The notes: generated by a model from the letters alone, not told the origin. A stretch of DNA of 64,000 nt from Phycisphaeraceae bacterium (GCA_963674705.1 OY771506.1:1760001-1824000), one strand, 5' to 3'; numbered from the stretch's first letter, positions 10,267-20,431 are shown. Numbers and translations are program-made.

Positions 10267-10941
10267 ATGCGCATCAATCTCGAACACGCCGTCGATTCTG
10301 CCGTCACCTGCTCGCCCAACGTCCTCGAAGTCGCCGCGATGTTCGGCCTGGGGATCGACCAGGATCGCACCATCCAGATCATCCCCCAAACCGAACTCAC
10401 CCTCTTGCCGGGCAAGATCGTCTTCATCACCGGCTCAAGCGGCGGCGGCAAGTCCACCCTCCTGCGCCTGATCCGCGAGCAACTGTCTAACGATGACGCC
10501 GCGCATGTCCTGTGCTTCGATCAACTCCCGCCTGTCGATGACCGCCCGTTGGTCGATTGCTTTCCAAACCGGCCGCTCGATCAGACGCTGCGACTGCTCT
10601 CGCTTGCCGGGCTCAACGACGCGTTCGTCATGCTCCGCAAACCCTCCCAGCTATCCGACGGCCAGCGCTACCGCCTGCGCCTCGCTCAAGCCATGGCCAT
10701 GACCGAAGAAGACGTCCTACCAAGCATCAAGAAGATCATCCTCGCCGATGAATTCTGCGCTACCCTCGACCGCGTCACCGCCAAAGTCATCGCACGCAAC
10801 GTCCGCAAATGGATCACAAACACCAGCGCCTGCTTCATCGCCGCGACCACACACGACGACCTGCTCGAATCCCTCGACCCCGACATCCTCATCGAAAAAC
10901 ACCTCGGCGAATTGCTTGACCTTCTCACAAAGACCGCCTGA
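10267..10941 (+). CDS. Stand-alone ABC-superfamily ATPase
   Basis: Walker A GSSGGGKST, signature LSDGQRYR, Walker B ILADEF, H-loop ATTHDD; no permease nearby. Confidence 0.85.
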   Translation: MRINLEHAVDSAVTCSPNVLEVAAMFGLGIDQDRTIQIIPQTELTLLPGKIVFITGSSGGGKSTLLRLIREQLSNDDAAHVLCFDQLPPVDDRPLVDCFPNRPLDQTLRLLSLAGLNDAFVMLRKPSQLSDGQRYRLRLAQAMAMTEEDVLPSIKKIILADEFCATLDRVTAKVIARNVRKWITNTSACFIAATTHDDLLESLDPDILIEKHLGELLDLLTKTA

Positions 10942-11741
10942 TGCGTAGCACACTTAAACAACGCTTCAACACGCATCGCCATGATCGGCCTGACGAGCAA
11001 CTCACACTCGTCGAGGGCACAATGGCCGATTACAACGCGCTTAAGCAATACCACTACCGTGCCAAACGCCCCGCCACCGCAACACGCATCCTGGCGCTGC
11101 GTCATTCCGCACCCACTGCTGCGACACGTTTCAAACATGAGCCGCCGGCACAACAAACCGTTGCTGTGCTCATCGAGTCGCTACCAAGCCTGGCATGCAG
11201 GATGCGCAATCTCGCACTTAGCGAACGTTACGGCAAAGGCCTGACAGCTAAGCAGCAGGCAACGCTACTCAATAAAGAAGTCCGCGTGATCAGCCGTGTC
11301 GTTGTGCATCCATGCTGGCGCGGATTGGGCCTGGCGGTCCGTCTCGTCCGCGCTGCGCTTAGTGCACCCACAACCATCTACACCGAAGCGATCGCTGCGA
11401 TGGGTAAGGTCAATCCGTTCTTTACACTCGCCGGCATGTCTGCTTATCCCCGCCCGCCGCACGCTTGCGACACACGTCTCATCGAAGCGATGCAGAGTAT
11501 CAACCTGAAGCCTCACAACCTCGCCTTAATCGAACAAACCCAACAAACCATCGATGCACTTGCATCACCCATGCGCACCTGGTTTCTCAAGGAACTACAC
11601 CGCTGGTACCGCCAGAACGCCGGCCGAAGCAGCACGCACAGCAAAGACCCACACGACCACCTCCTCGCCGCCCGCCAGCGCCTCCTATGCGAAACCATCT
11701 ACTACCTCAAAGACAACCGCGAAGTAGTGGTTGGTGATTAG
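10941..11741 (+). CDS. GNAT-like acetyltransferase, translationally coupled to the ATPase
   Basis: Acetyl-CoA-binding motif ISRVVVHPCWRGLGLAVRLV; YHY near the N-terminus; AAMGKVNPFF; TGATG overlap. Confidence 0.7.
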   Translation: MRSTLKQRFNTHRHDRPDEQLTLVEGTMADYNALKQYHYRAKRPATATRILALRHSAPTAATRFKHEPPAQQTVAVLIESLPSLACRMRNLALSERYGKGLTAKQQATLLNKEVRVISRVVVHPCWRGLGLAVRLVRAALSAPTTIYTEAIAAMGKVNPFFTLAGMSAYPRPPHACDTRLIEAMQSINLKPHNLALIEQTQQTIDALASPMRTWFLKELHRWYRQNAGRSSTHSKDPHDHLLAARQRLLCETIYYLKDNREVVVGD

Positions 11742-11845
11742 TGCTGAGTGATTAGCAAACCAATCTTCTGTGCTAACAGCTAAAGGCTAACGGCTAACGG
11801 CTCCTACCCTACACCCAACACCCTACACCCCACACCCTGCCACCC
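11740..11845. repeat. Degenerate 7-mer tandem repeats (GCTAACG-, CCCTACA-type)
   Basis: Period-7 units visible; similar tracts at 12420-12590 and 14555-14735. Confidence 0.7.
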
Positions 11846-11847
11846 CC

Positions 11848-12423
11848 ATGCAATCCCAAACACTCCCCTTAACCGAACTCCACCCCCACCCCGCCAACAG
11901 CAACGTCATGCCCGCGCACCTGCTGGGCAAGCTCGTCAAGCATATCGGTGCGACCGGCCAATATCCGCCGATCGTCGTGCGCAAGCACAACAACGCCTAC
12001 CAGATCCTCGACGGCCACCACCGCGTCAAGGCCTTGCAACAACTCGGACGCGCCAATGCCAACTGCATCGTCTGGCAAGCCAACGATGAAGAGGCCCTGT
12101 TACTACTCGCCACGCTCAACCGCCTGCAAGGCCAGGACGATCCGCTCAAACGCGCACACCTGCTTAAGACGCTTGCCAAACATCACGACCCCGGTCTACT
12201 AAGCAAACTCCTGCCCGAACGCATCGAGCAAGTGAAGAAGCTGCTATCACTGGATGCAAAACCACCAAAGCCAACCTCGCCGCCTAATCTTGATGACATG
12301 CCGATCGCGGTCCACTTCTTCCTGTTGCCCGCACAGAAGCGGAAGCTATCGCAGTGCCTTAAACAATTAGGTGGGACGAGAGAGCAGGCGCTGATGAGGT
12401 TGGTTGATGAGAGAAGCCATTAG
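11848..12423 (+). CDS. ParB/Srx N-terminal domain protein (phage-type)
   Basis: LHPHPANSNVM...PPIVVR...YQILDGHHRVKAL motif. Confidence 0.85.
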   Translation: MQSQTLPLTELHPHPANSNVMPAHLLGKLVKHIGATGQYPPIVVRKHNNAYQILDGHHRVKALQQLGRANANCIVWQANDEEALLLLATLNRLQGQDDPLKRAHLLKTLAKHHDPGLLSKLLPERIEQVKKLLSLDAKPPKPTSPPNLDDMPIAVHFFLLPAQKRKLSQCLKQLGGTREQALMRLVDERSH

Positions 12424-12593
12424 CCCTTAGCTATTAGCCATTAGCTAGACACAAATCACCAGCTACCAACTACCAAGATACCCGCCCCTTCGCTGCGCTC
12501 AGGACCGGCGTTGGGGGAGAGAAGCCGTTAGCCATTAGCGATTAGCAATACCATTTCCACCCCCCACCCCCCACCCCCCCACACCCTTCAAAT

Positions 12594-13055
12594 ATGCCCA
12601 ACAATATCGACAACACGAAACGCGCCGAATTGATCAACGACCTGATCCACGCCAAGCTCGATATCACAGAACTTGAAAGCCGTTACGGCATCACAGCCGA
12701 TCAGATTTCACAATGGGTCCGTGAGCCGGACAACTACAGCTGTCTTGCGGGCTTGAGCGTCGTTGCCGACATCCAGACGCAACTTTTGCTCAATCGCCTC
12801 CGCGCAAGCGCCGCCACGCAGTTGTTTGAGTTGGCGATGAAGCCTGTTGATGAAACAAAGGTGGCGCTGGATATCTCCCGACGGGCGTGCGTCGACCTGC
12901 TCAAGCTCGACCTGCCGCGTGCTGACACGAACAAGCAGTTTGCCAATAGCGACGATCAATCATCGTCCGCGCAGAGCCTGGACATGTTGCGTCAACTGAT
13001 CCAGCAGCCTGAAAACGACAACGTTGCACATGATACGGACGAGCGCGATGATTAA
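12594..13055 (+). CDS. Hypothetical protein, positionally a terminase small subunit
   Basis: N-terminal HTH-like stretch (ITELESRYGITADQISQW), helical remainder; overlaps the large terminase start. Confidence 0.5.
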   Translation: MPNNIDNTKRAELINDLIHAKLDITELESRYGITADQISQWVREPDNYSCLAGLSVVADIQTQLLLNRLRASAATQLFELAMKPVDETKVALDISRRACVDLLKLDLPRADTNKQFANSDDQSSSAQSLDMLRQLIQQPENDNVAHDTDERDD

Positions 13056-14553
13056 ATCAGCCAAACACCCGCCCGTAAAAACCATCACGCAATTGCAAGC
13101 ACTTGAGCCGACCAATGACAGCGAGCTGCACCGTTTTGTTCAGTATGCGTTTGGTTTGAACGTTCCGCGCAAGCCGATCATCGAAGGCAATACCGCGCCG
13201 TTCGATTACCTGTCCCATGCTTACTTCGAGCCGACGCCCACACTCGGACACAACCCGACGCGAGACGCGGTCGTCTGGGCGAACCGTGGCGGGGGCAAGA
13301 CCATGCTTGGTGCGGCCGCGACGCTGCTCGACATGCTATTCAAACCTGGCATCCAGATCAGCATCCTCGGCGGATCGTTCGAACAATCCTGCAAGATGCA
13401 CGATCACCTGCTCTCACTGGTCGATCGACCGTGGTTCCGACACCTGCTGCGCAGCGAACCCACGCAGCGCTACATCGAACTGTTCAACGGCAGCCGGGTG
13501 CGCATCCTCGCCGGCTCGCAACGATCGATCCGAGGCGTACGCGTCCATAAACTCCGCTGCGATGAGGTTGAAGAATTCCAACGCGATGCATGGGAGGCTG
13601 CGCAACTCGTTACACGTTCCGGTTTCTGCGGCGAAAAGTTCATCCACGGCTCCGTCGAAGCGCTCTCCACAATGCACCGCCCCTTCGGGCTCATGGCTGA
13701 GATCACACACGGCCGCAATGATGAGGAAGCCAACGAAAGAAAACTCTTCCGCTGGTCCGCCATCGATGTCATCGAAAACTGCTCCCCGTTTCGCTCATGC
13801 GAAAGCTGCGAGCTTTGGCAGGACTGTCAAGGCAAAGCCAAACACGCCCGGGGCTTTGTCGCAATCGACGACCTGATCCATCAGAAGCAGCGCACCAGCA
13901 TCCGCACGTGGGCGGCCGAGATGATGTGCCAGGAACCCGAGGTAAGCCACTGCGTTTATGCGGAGTTCGATAAAACACAGAACGTCTGTAGCAATGTTCC
14001 CGAGGTTGAAACCGGTGCATGGATCGGCGGGATGGACTTTGGCCTGCGCAACCCCACCGTCATGCTCTGGGCACGTGTCGGCCCGCCAGATCACGACCCG
14101 ACACAGCGCACGATCCAAATCATCGATGAATACATCAAAGGCGAATTGATCTTCGATAAACACCTCGAAGCGATCCACACACGCGCCGAGTTGCAAGGTT
14201 GGCCACGCGTTGACTGGTTGGGTGCGGACCCGGCAGGTAACCAGCGCAACAGCCATTCTGGCGTCAGCGATGTGCAGGTCCTGCGCACCTCGGGCTACAC
14301 CGTCCGCACGCGTCAATCACACATCAGCGACGGTATCGAACGCATCCGCCGACGACTCGACCACGGCACCCTCTTCATCCACCCGCGCTGCCAGCAACTG
14401 ATCAAAGCGATCCAGTCCTATCACTACGATGTGAAAAATCCCCACCGAGAAGAACCGATCAAGGACGGGCCGGACCACCTGTGCGACGCTCTTCGCTATA
14501 TGGTTGTTAATTTGGAATTAGGATCGGGGAAGGTAGTTGTTGAGAGGTATTGA
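13048..14553 (+). CDS. Phage terminase large subunit
   Basis: Walker A NRGGGKT, SIRG...LRCDEVEE Walker B, coupling motif STM, nuclease GMDFGLRNPT, ADPAG, KDGPDHLCDALRY. Confidence 0.9.
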   Translation: MIKSAKHPPVKTITQLQALEPTNDSELHRFVQYAFGLNVPRKPIIEGNTAPFDYLSHAYFEPTPTLGHNPTRDAVVWANRGGGKTMLGAAATLLDMLFKPGIQISILGGSFEQSCKMHDHLLSLVDRPWFRHLLRSEPTQRYIELFNGSRVRILAGSQRSIRGVRVHKLRCDEVEEFQRDAWEAAQLVTRSGFCGEKFIHGSVEALSTMHRPFGLMAEITHGRNDEEANERKLFRWSAIDVIENCSPFRSCESCELWQDCQGKAKHARGFVAIDDLIHQKQRTSIRTWAAEMMCQEPEVSHCVYAEFDKTQNVCSNVPEVETGAWIGGMDFGLRNPTVMLWARVGPPDHDPTQRTIQIIDEYIKGELIFDKHLEAIHTRAELQGWPRVDWLGADPAGNQRNSHSGVSDVQVLRTSGYTVRTRQSHISDGIERIRRRLDHGTLFIHPRCQQLIKAIQSYHYDVKNPHREEPIKDGPDHLCDALRYMVVNLELGSGKVVVERY

Positions 14554-14556
14554 GCA

Positions 14557-14730
14557 GGGTGTAGGGTGTTGGGTTTAGGGTGTAGGGTATTGAGAATGAG
14601 CGCGGTGCAACCCCTGCGGATCATGATCCACAGGGAATAAGGGCGATAAACAAGAATAGAAAGAAACGATGAATGGAGCTTAGCCGATAACTTCTTGACC
14701 CTACACCCAACACCCTAAACCCTACACCCC
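14557..14730. repeat. Inverted pair of 7-mer tracts (GGGTGTA.../...TACACCC) between convergent genes
   Basis: gggtgtagggtgttgggtttagggtgtagggt near 14557-14589 and a near reverse-complement at 14698-14730. Confidence 0.75.
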
Positions 14731-14733
14731 GCC

Positions 14734-15195
14734 CTACTTCCTCTTCTTCCCAAACGGCAGCAGCGCCCGCAGCATCATTGTTGCGCCGGAGTCGTGCTCT
14801 CGGCGTTCGTTTTCCGCTTCGTGCAGGTGGTCGATCTCAGCCTGGAACTTTTTCTCCGCGTTGCGCTGGTAACGCTTGGCCTGCAGGTCGTCGTCGAACT
14901 CGTCGAGCGTGAACGCCATGATCGTGTGGCCGATCTGGATGGCGTCACCCTCGTGCAGGATCTTGAACTTGATGACACGTTCGCCGTTGACGAATACGCC
15001 GTTGTGGCTGTCCATGTCGACGGCGTAGTAGCAGCCGTCGCTTGACTCGAGCCGAACCTCCATGTGGTTGCGTGAAACGCAAGCGTCCTTGATCTGAGCG
15101 AGCAGTTTGCTGTCTCGGCCGAACATGAACGCACGCTTGCCGATGGTGTACCACTCGCCCTTGTTATTGCCGTTGAGCACAACGATTGTCGCCAT
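14734..15195 (-). CDS. FHA domain protein
   Basis: FGRD...VSRNH...DMDSHNGVFVNG...LHEGDAIQIG; start set at the ATG after GGGAGG. Confidence 0.9.
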   Translation of the reverse strand: MATIVVLNGNNKGEWYTIGKRAFMFGRDSKLLAQIKDACVSRNHMEVRLESSDGCYYAVDMDSHNGVFVNGERVIKFKILHEGDAIQIGHTIMAFTLDEFDDDLQAKRYQRNAEKKFQAEIDHLHEAENERREHDSGATMMLRALLPFGKKRK

Positions 15196-15357
15196 ACGAA
15201 GATGCCTCCCATCGACATGAAAGCCGACATGCCCCTGACCGAAGGTCAATCAGTGCACCGCAGTATAACCGCCAACCGCATGGGTTGGTCAAGTCCACGG
15301 TATCAAGATTCGGATGAATGCCTGTGCCGATAAAGTGAATTGCAGTACAACCCGGCA

Positions 15358-16815
15358 TTATTCCCGCAAATTGCTGCGCTTGATCAGGCACATCCTCACA
15401 TCGCCCGGGCGTGTCGTCCAGATAAGATCAGAGACGACAACCGCATCGTCACCATCGTTCCAAGGCCGAACGAGCCAGGCCGCATCAGGATCACCCTCAT
15501 CACCGGGGATATGGTTGTATCCCAACAGCGGTTGGATCGGCGTGTAATCCGTATTTTCGAAACGGATCGGTTCACCTTGCGTGTGAGACTGCACATCTTT
15601 ACAGAACGCAACGACGTTATCGCCGAGTTGATCGACCGCTGCGGGTGAGAAGAACAATTCGTAAATGGTCAGCACGATCGCAAAAATCAAGCCGAGCGCC
15701 GCCGGCTGCCACGGACGCAAACGCAACAGCCGTTTGCCTTCAACGATCAACCAGAACGCAGCAAGCACACCCGCCGCGGGGTACGCCGGCGCGAGGTAAT
15801 CTGCGCGCTTGCCGCCGGACAGGCTGAAGAAAATGATCACTAACAGCACCCACCCCATTGCCGCTCCAAGCGGACCGCTGAACCAATCCCGCTTCTGCTT
15901 CGCCGCGAACACGTGCCAGATGCCCATGGCAGCGAAGATCGACCACGGGAAAAACTTCGCCACGAAGTAGGCCGGCATCTTATATAGTTCGAGCACAATC
16001 CCGACGGGCCCGCCACGACCGACGCGCTCGACCGTTTCGTAGCCGAGGAACACTTCCTTGAAGTGGGCGGGATTACTCATGTAGGCGCTGTACGCCCACA
16101 CACCAAACAGCATGATCGCCAAAGGCAAACCCCACAGAATCCCCGACCGCAGCATTGCTTTCCAGTTGCCTGCAAATAGCTTCCCGCCTAACACGACATA
16201 AATCACAAGCAACAGTGCCGGCGGCCCCTTCGTCAACGCCGCGCCCGCCACGCAAAGCCACAGCACAACCTGTGCAACTAAAACTAGAAGTTTCGTACCC
16301 GCATCATCTCGTTTCACTAACAACCATGACGCCATCGCCCACCCGACAGTAAGAAATCCTGACAGCACCATGTCGGGACGAGCGGTGTAGCACAGTTTCG
16401 CGATGCTGTAGTTGGTAAGTAAGGCGATGCAGGCGATCGCGGCAAACGCATCAGGTAATGAAGCGTTGTCGTTTTCAGAATCCGCAAGCAAACGTCTGGC
16501 TGTCCACTTTGCCATGATCCATGTTGCGACGATCATCACCAGCGTCGCCAGCGTTGAAGGCAGCTTTAATGCAAACTCGCTGTGCCACCCCGCCGCGACC
16601 GCCGGCACGCCGATCCAGTTATACATCGGCGGCTTCGTCGCCGGCCTGCCCAGCATATCCATCGGCAACAGCCACCGCCCGTTCTGCACGATGTCCACCG
16701 TGTACGCCACCGTCTTCGGCTGATCGTTGTCATACAGATCGCTAGGCCCGGCCCAACGCCCGACCAACACCACCGCTGCGACCAATAGCAATATCAGGAT
16801 CGGCCAGTGCTTCAT
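15358..16815 (-). CDS. ArnT/GT-C family polytopic glycosyltransferase
   Basis: TKPPMYNW, ARPDM, LTKGPP, KRADYLAPAYP and many TM helices. The track's start at 16920 lies inside a repeat, so the start was moved. Confidence 0.85.
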   Translation of the reverse strand: MKHWPILILLLVAAVVLVGRWAGPSDLYDNDQPKTVAYTVDIVQNGRWLLPMDMLGRPATKPPMYNWIGVPAVAAGWHSEFALKLPSTLATLVMIVATWIMAKWTARRLLADSENDNASLPDAFAAIACIALLTNYSIAKLCYTARPDMVLSGFLTVGWAMASWLLVKRDDAGTKLLVLVAQVVLWLCVAGAALTKGPPALLLVIYVVLGGKLFAGNWKAMLRSGILWGLPLAIMLFGVWAYSAYMSNPAHFKEVFLGYETVERVGRGGPVGIVLELYKMPAYFVAKFFPWSIFAAMGIWHVFAAKQKRDWFSGPLGAAMGWVLLVIIFFSLSGGKRADYLAPAYPAAGVLAAFWLIVEGKRLLRLRPWQPAALGLIFAIVLTIYELFFSPAAVDQLGDNVVAFCKDVQSHTQGEPIRFENTDYTPIQPLLGYNHIPGDEGDPDAAWLVRPWNDGDDAVVVSDLIWTTRPGDVRMCLIKRSNLRE

Positions 16816-16869
16816 CACGGCAACAGCATAACGCATCACGCGCAATGACGGATCAACCCACGGTGTAAC

Positions 16870-16951
16870 GGGTGCCACATCTTGATCGCGTAGCGACAAG
16901 GTGTGCTGCTGCCGACACACTTTGCTCCTGCGGAGTCAAAGTGTGGCACCC
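16870..16951. repeat. ~80-bp composite palindrome family E (GGGTGCCACACTTTG...CAAAGTGTGGCACCC)
   Basis: Full copies at 16870-16951, 45708-45787 (inside a CDS) and 54635-54714; half copy near 41693-41727. Confidence 0.85.
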
Positions 16952-17063
16952 ACCCCACTACGCGCCAAGTAGATCTGCTCTAACCAGGCATGAACAAACC
17001 ACACTTGTTTAGCAGGCGATCGAAGATCGCCGTGTTCCCACCGCATACATCAAAATGTCCCAA

Positions 17064-17789
17064 TCAATCTTCCTCATACACCGGCATCGGGATCATGTCC
17101 GTCGGCCCGCCTTCCAGGGGTTCGCCCAGGTCGATCTGCGGTTGTTTGCCTTCGCGCACCTGATGGACCCAGTTCACGAAGCTGCCATCTTCTAGATAGC
17201 GATAGAAGTCAACGCCCGGGCAGTCGGTTTGCGCCAAGTCCTTGTGGCCGCGGATCATGTCATCGGATACGCCATACTCCTGCGCGAGCCACGCCACGAG
17301 CTTCGCCGCCGACTCCGCCTGCTGCGGGCTGACGCGCTGCTCCATGAAGTTGCCCATCACCAGTACACCGATGTGGCCGTTGACGTCATATGTCGTGTTC
17401 GTCTCCGGTTCATACATCACCGGCCGACCCTCGAAGATCTTCCCGTCCGGCGCGATCAGAAAATGGTAAGGCAAGTCCGGCCAACCCTTGCCGCCGTCCT
17501 CCACCGACTTCTTGCCCCACGATTGCAGGTTCTTGATCTTCCGATACGGATCGCTGTCTTCCTGCCACGTCACGCCCGAATGATGCAGCGTGATAAACCG
17601 CGGCTCATGAATCCGATCCTCCGGCATCGGTAAGGGCTCCGACCCCCACTGCTCGGCAGTGACCATCGCCGGCTTCTTCACCTCAACCTGCGCCTGATCG
17701 TTTGCCGTCGCGCATGAAACAAGCGATAGCAGACTGATAAGCAAACAAAAAGACACGGGGAATGTAGATAGTTTCAGTTTGTTATGCAT
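17064..17789 (-). CDS. PGRP/Amidase_2-type N-acetylmuramoyl-L-alanine amidase, probable lipoprotein
   Basis: ITLHHS, WPDLPYHFLIAPDGKIFEGR, GHKDLAQTDCPG; lipobox LVSC. Confidence 0.88.
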   Translation of the reverse strand: MHNKLKLSTFPVSFCLLISLLSLVSCATANDQAQVEVKKPAMVTAEQWGSEPLPMPEDRIHEPRFITLHHSGVTWQEDSDPYRKIKNLQSWGKKSVEDGGKGWPDLPYHFLIAPDGKIFEGRPVMYEPETNTTYDVNGHIGVLVMGNFMEQRVSPQQAESAAKLVAWLAQEYGVSDDMIRGHKDLAQTDCPGVDFYRYLEDGSFVNWVHQVREGKQPQIDLGEPLEGGPTDMIPMPVYEED

Positions 17790-17829
17790 GGTCGTTTCTC
17801 GATCAATTAAAGTACAAACAAGAAGATTA

Positions 17830-18000
17830 TTAGCCACAGATGAACACGGATAAACAAGGATGGAAGAGTTATCCGAAGATTACGCAGATTTGCGCCGATT
17901 TACGAATACGAAAAGTGATTGAATCTTGAATCTGCGTCATCTGCGGACACTTCCTGTCTTCTTCATTATCTTATTCTTATCCGTGTTAATCCGTGGCTAA
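17830..18000. repeat. Intergenic repeat family B (TTAGCCACAGATGAACACGGAT and reverse complement), often with GCAGAT-type companion units
   Basis: Inward-facing pair here; further copies near 22077, 22822, 33903, 34094, 34244, 35436, 36930, 38874, 41745, 43028 and 61730. Confidence 0.85.
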
Positions 18001-18015
18001 ATACAATCCCAACAA

Positions 18016-18924
18016 TCACCCCGGATCGATAAAGTCAATCTCACCACAATCCGGCACGATCCCTGCGTCCGAGGCTTCTTTTAATAAGCGTCGTACCGCT
18101 TCGCGGCCTTTCTCGCCGTAATCCAGCGTCCAATCGTTGACGTACATGCCGACGAACTCGTCCGCCAGGTCCTGGCCCATGTTGCGAGCCCAGTTCAGCG
18201 AGAACTTTACCGCCTCGTCGCGGTTCTTCAGTGCGTACTCGATCGAGTCGAGCAGCACACGGCATATCTCCGGCATGGCGTCGCCCATATCGCGACGGAT
18301 CGCGTTACCGCCTAACGGCAAAGGCAGCTTCCGCGAATCGGTCCACCACTTGCCCAGGTCGATCACACAGTGCAAACCCTCATCGCCATACGTGAGCTGG
18401 CCCTCGTGAATGATCAGGCCCGCATCATATTCGCCGGCCACGACCTTCGGGATGATTTCGTCGAACATCACGAACGATTCGTTGACATCGTCCTTGCTCA
18501 TCGCGTTTTCACTGAGCATCAGTTGCGCCGACAGCCAGGCGGACGTGCGGTAGCCGGGGATAGCCAGGTTTGCGCCCTTGAGGTCTTTGATGGTCATCGG
18601 CTTGGAAGACACGATCATCGGGCCGTACCCATCGCCCATGGATGAGCCGCAGCTTGTCAGTGCGTACTTGTCCGCGATGAACGGGTACTGGTGGATCGAC
18701 AGCGCGGTGATTTCCAACTCACCCTTGGCGCTGCGTTCGTTCAACGACTGGATATCTTCCAGCACATGCACGAAGTCGTACCGCCCTGTGTTGATCTTCG
18801 GCGTCAGCTTCGTGCCGTCCGGCATCACAAAGTTCGCCAACGGGTACCACATGAACGCATCATCCGGGTCCGGGCTGTGCCCGATGTGAAGTGTCTTCCG
18901 TCCTGTATCTGTCGAAGTATTCAT
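18016..18924 (-). CDS. mqnD: 1,4-dihydroxy-6-naphthoate synthase (futalosine menaquinone pathway)
   Basis: HSPDPDDAFM, SMGDGYGP, GLIIHEGQLTY, DLGKWW, PLPLGGN, MYVNDWT motifs. Confidence 0.88.
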   Translation of the reverse strand: MNTSTDTGRKTLHIGHSPDPDDAFMWYPLANFVMPDGTKLTPKINTGRYDFVHVLEDIQSLNERSAKGELEITALSIHQYPFIADKYALTSCGSSMGDGYGPMIVSSKPMTIKDLKGANLAIPGYRTSAWLSAQLMLSENAMSKDDVNESFVMFDEIIPKVVAGEYDAGLIIHEGQLTYGDEGLHCVIDLGKWWTDSRKLPLPLGGNAIRRDMGDAMPEICRVLLDSIEYALKNRDEAVKFSLNWARNMGQDLADEFVGMYVNDWTLDYGEKGREAVRRLLKEASDAGIVPDCGEIDFIDPG

Positions 18925-19148
18925 GCCCGGCAGTTTAGCGGTATCGGCCGGGGATGGCGAAATGGGCGCGACCGCCGGAATATAAGCCTATTTATGCGCT
19001 TTTGCCCTCCCGAACAGCCAACCGGGCCGACCACGTGTATGCCGGCTCGGATCACCTTAGAATAGATGCTGATGCGCGATCGCCCATTTATCTGCGCATC
19101 CACGCGTTGCAAACAGGCACCCTGACCGAAGCCAATCTGGAACTGTTC

Positions 19149-20411
19149 ATGATCGACTTCCTGAGATTCCGCTGGAACCGTATCCGAGAAAAACTGTGGG
19201 TCCGACCGCTGCTGATGTGTATCATCTCGCTCGCCGCTGTCTTGCTGGCGAAAACGATCGAGTTCACCCCGCTCTCTGAGCACCTGCCGGTGATTTCGAT
19301 CGATGCCATCGAAGCGCTGCTGACGATACTCACCGCGGGCATGCTCGTGATCGCCACCTTCGCGGTGGGATCGATGGTCGCCGCTTATACCAGTGCGGGC
19401 AACACCGCCACGCCGCGCACGTTCCCCCTCATGATCTCTGACGACGTCTCGCAGAACGCGCTGTCGACTTTCATCGGCGCGTTCATCTTCAGTGTCGTTG
19501 CGGTCGTCTTTCAGAAGCACGGATACTACGGCCAGGGCGGGCGCTTCGTCCTGTTTGTCCTGACCTGTTTTGTCTTCGTGATCGTCATCATGACTTTCGT
19601 CTATTGGGTCGACCGCATCGCTCGGCTCGGTAGACTCAGCCAGACCATCGACAAGGTCGAAGCCGTGACGTCCAGGGCCCTGCGCCGCCGACGCAACGCC
19701 CCGACGATGGGCGGACAACTCTTCGATACACTGCCAACCGATGCCCTGCCCGTTTACAGCCAAAGGTTCGGCTACGTGCAGCGGATCAACATCGACAGCC
19801 TGCAAAAACTCGCCAAGGATGCCGACGCCACCATCTATGTCGCCGCCCAGCCCGGCGCGTTTATCGTCCCGGGAAGGCCTATCGCGCATGTGCTGCACAA
19901 CCCATCAGATCCCGACAAACTCGACATCAACTGCCTCCAGCAGGCGTTCCTGATCGATGATGATCGAACCTTCGACAACGACCCGCGGTTCGGCCTGATC
20001 GTACTCTCCGAAATCGCAGGCAAAGCGCTGTCGCCCGCGGTCAACGACCCCGGCACCGCGATCGATGTGGTCGGCTCGTTTGTCCGCCTCTTTGCCGAGT
20101 GGGCTAAGCCCGCGAAAAACGGCAAACCACCCGCCTGTCATTACGACCGTGTTTTCATCCCCGCGATATCCGTCCACGATATGTTCGATGATGCGTTCTG
20201 GTCGCTTGCCCGCGACGGCGCCGGCTCAGTCGAAGTCATGAGCCGGTTGCTTAAGGCACTCGCTTCGTTCACGACGCTTGACGACCCGCATATGAAAGAG
20301 GCCGCGATCAGACACACACAACTTGTGCGCCAGCGTGCGGAACGGGCCATGTCTCAGGACGAAGACCTTGCGATCATCCGTGAGTTGTCGCGCTTCACGG
20401 AATCGGGATAG
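19149..20411 (+). CDS. DUF2254-family membrane protein
   Basis: ATPR, LSTFIGAF, RTFDNDPRFGLIVLSEIAGKALSPAVNDPGTA, ARDGAG; start moved to the ATG at 19149. Confidence 0.85.
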   Translation: MIDFLRFRWNRIREKLWVRPLLMCIISLAAVLLAKTIEFTPLSEHLPVISIDAIEALLTILTAGMLVIATFAVGSMVAAYTSAGNTATPRTFPLMISDDVSQNALSTFIGAFIFSVVAVVFQKHGYYGQGGRFVLFVLTCFVFVIVIMTFVYWVDRIARLGRLSQTIDKVEAVTSRALRRRRNAPTMGGQLFDTLPTDALPVYSQRFGYVQRINIDSLQKLAKDADATIYVAAQPGAFIVPGRPIAHVLHNPSDPDKLDINCLQQAFLIDDDRTFDNDPRFGLIVLSEIAGKALSPAVNDPGTAIDVVGSFVRLFAEWAKPAKNGKPPACHYDRVFIPAISVHDMFDDAFWSLARDGAGSVEVMSRLLKALASFTTLDDPHMKEAAIRHTQLVRQRAERAMSQDEDLAIIRELSRFTESG

Positions 20412-20431
20412 CTTCCTTGTTCCGCTGACGC

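Noticed and set aside
8801..14553. Complete prophage
   Set aside because: No integrase, att sites, replication, portal, capsid, tail or lysis genes; only about 5.8 kb.
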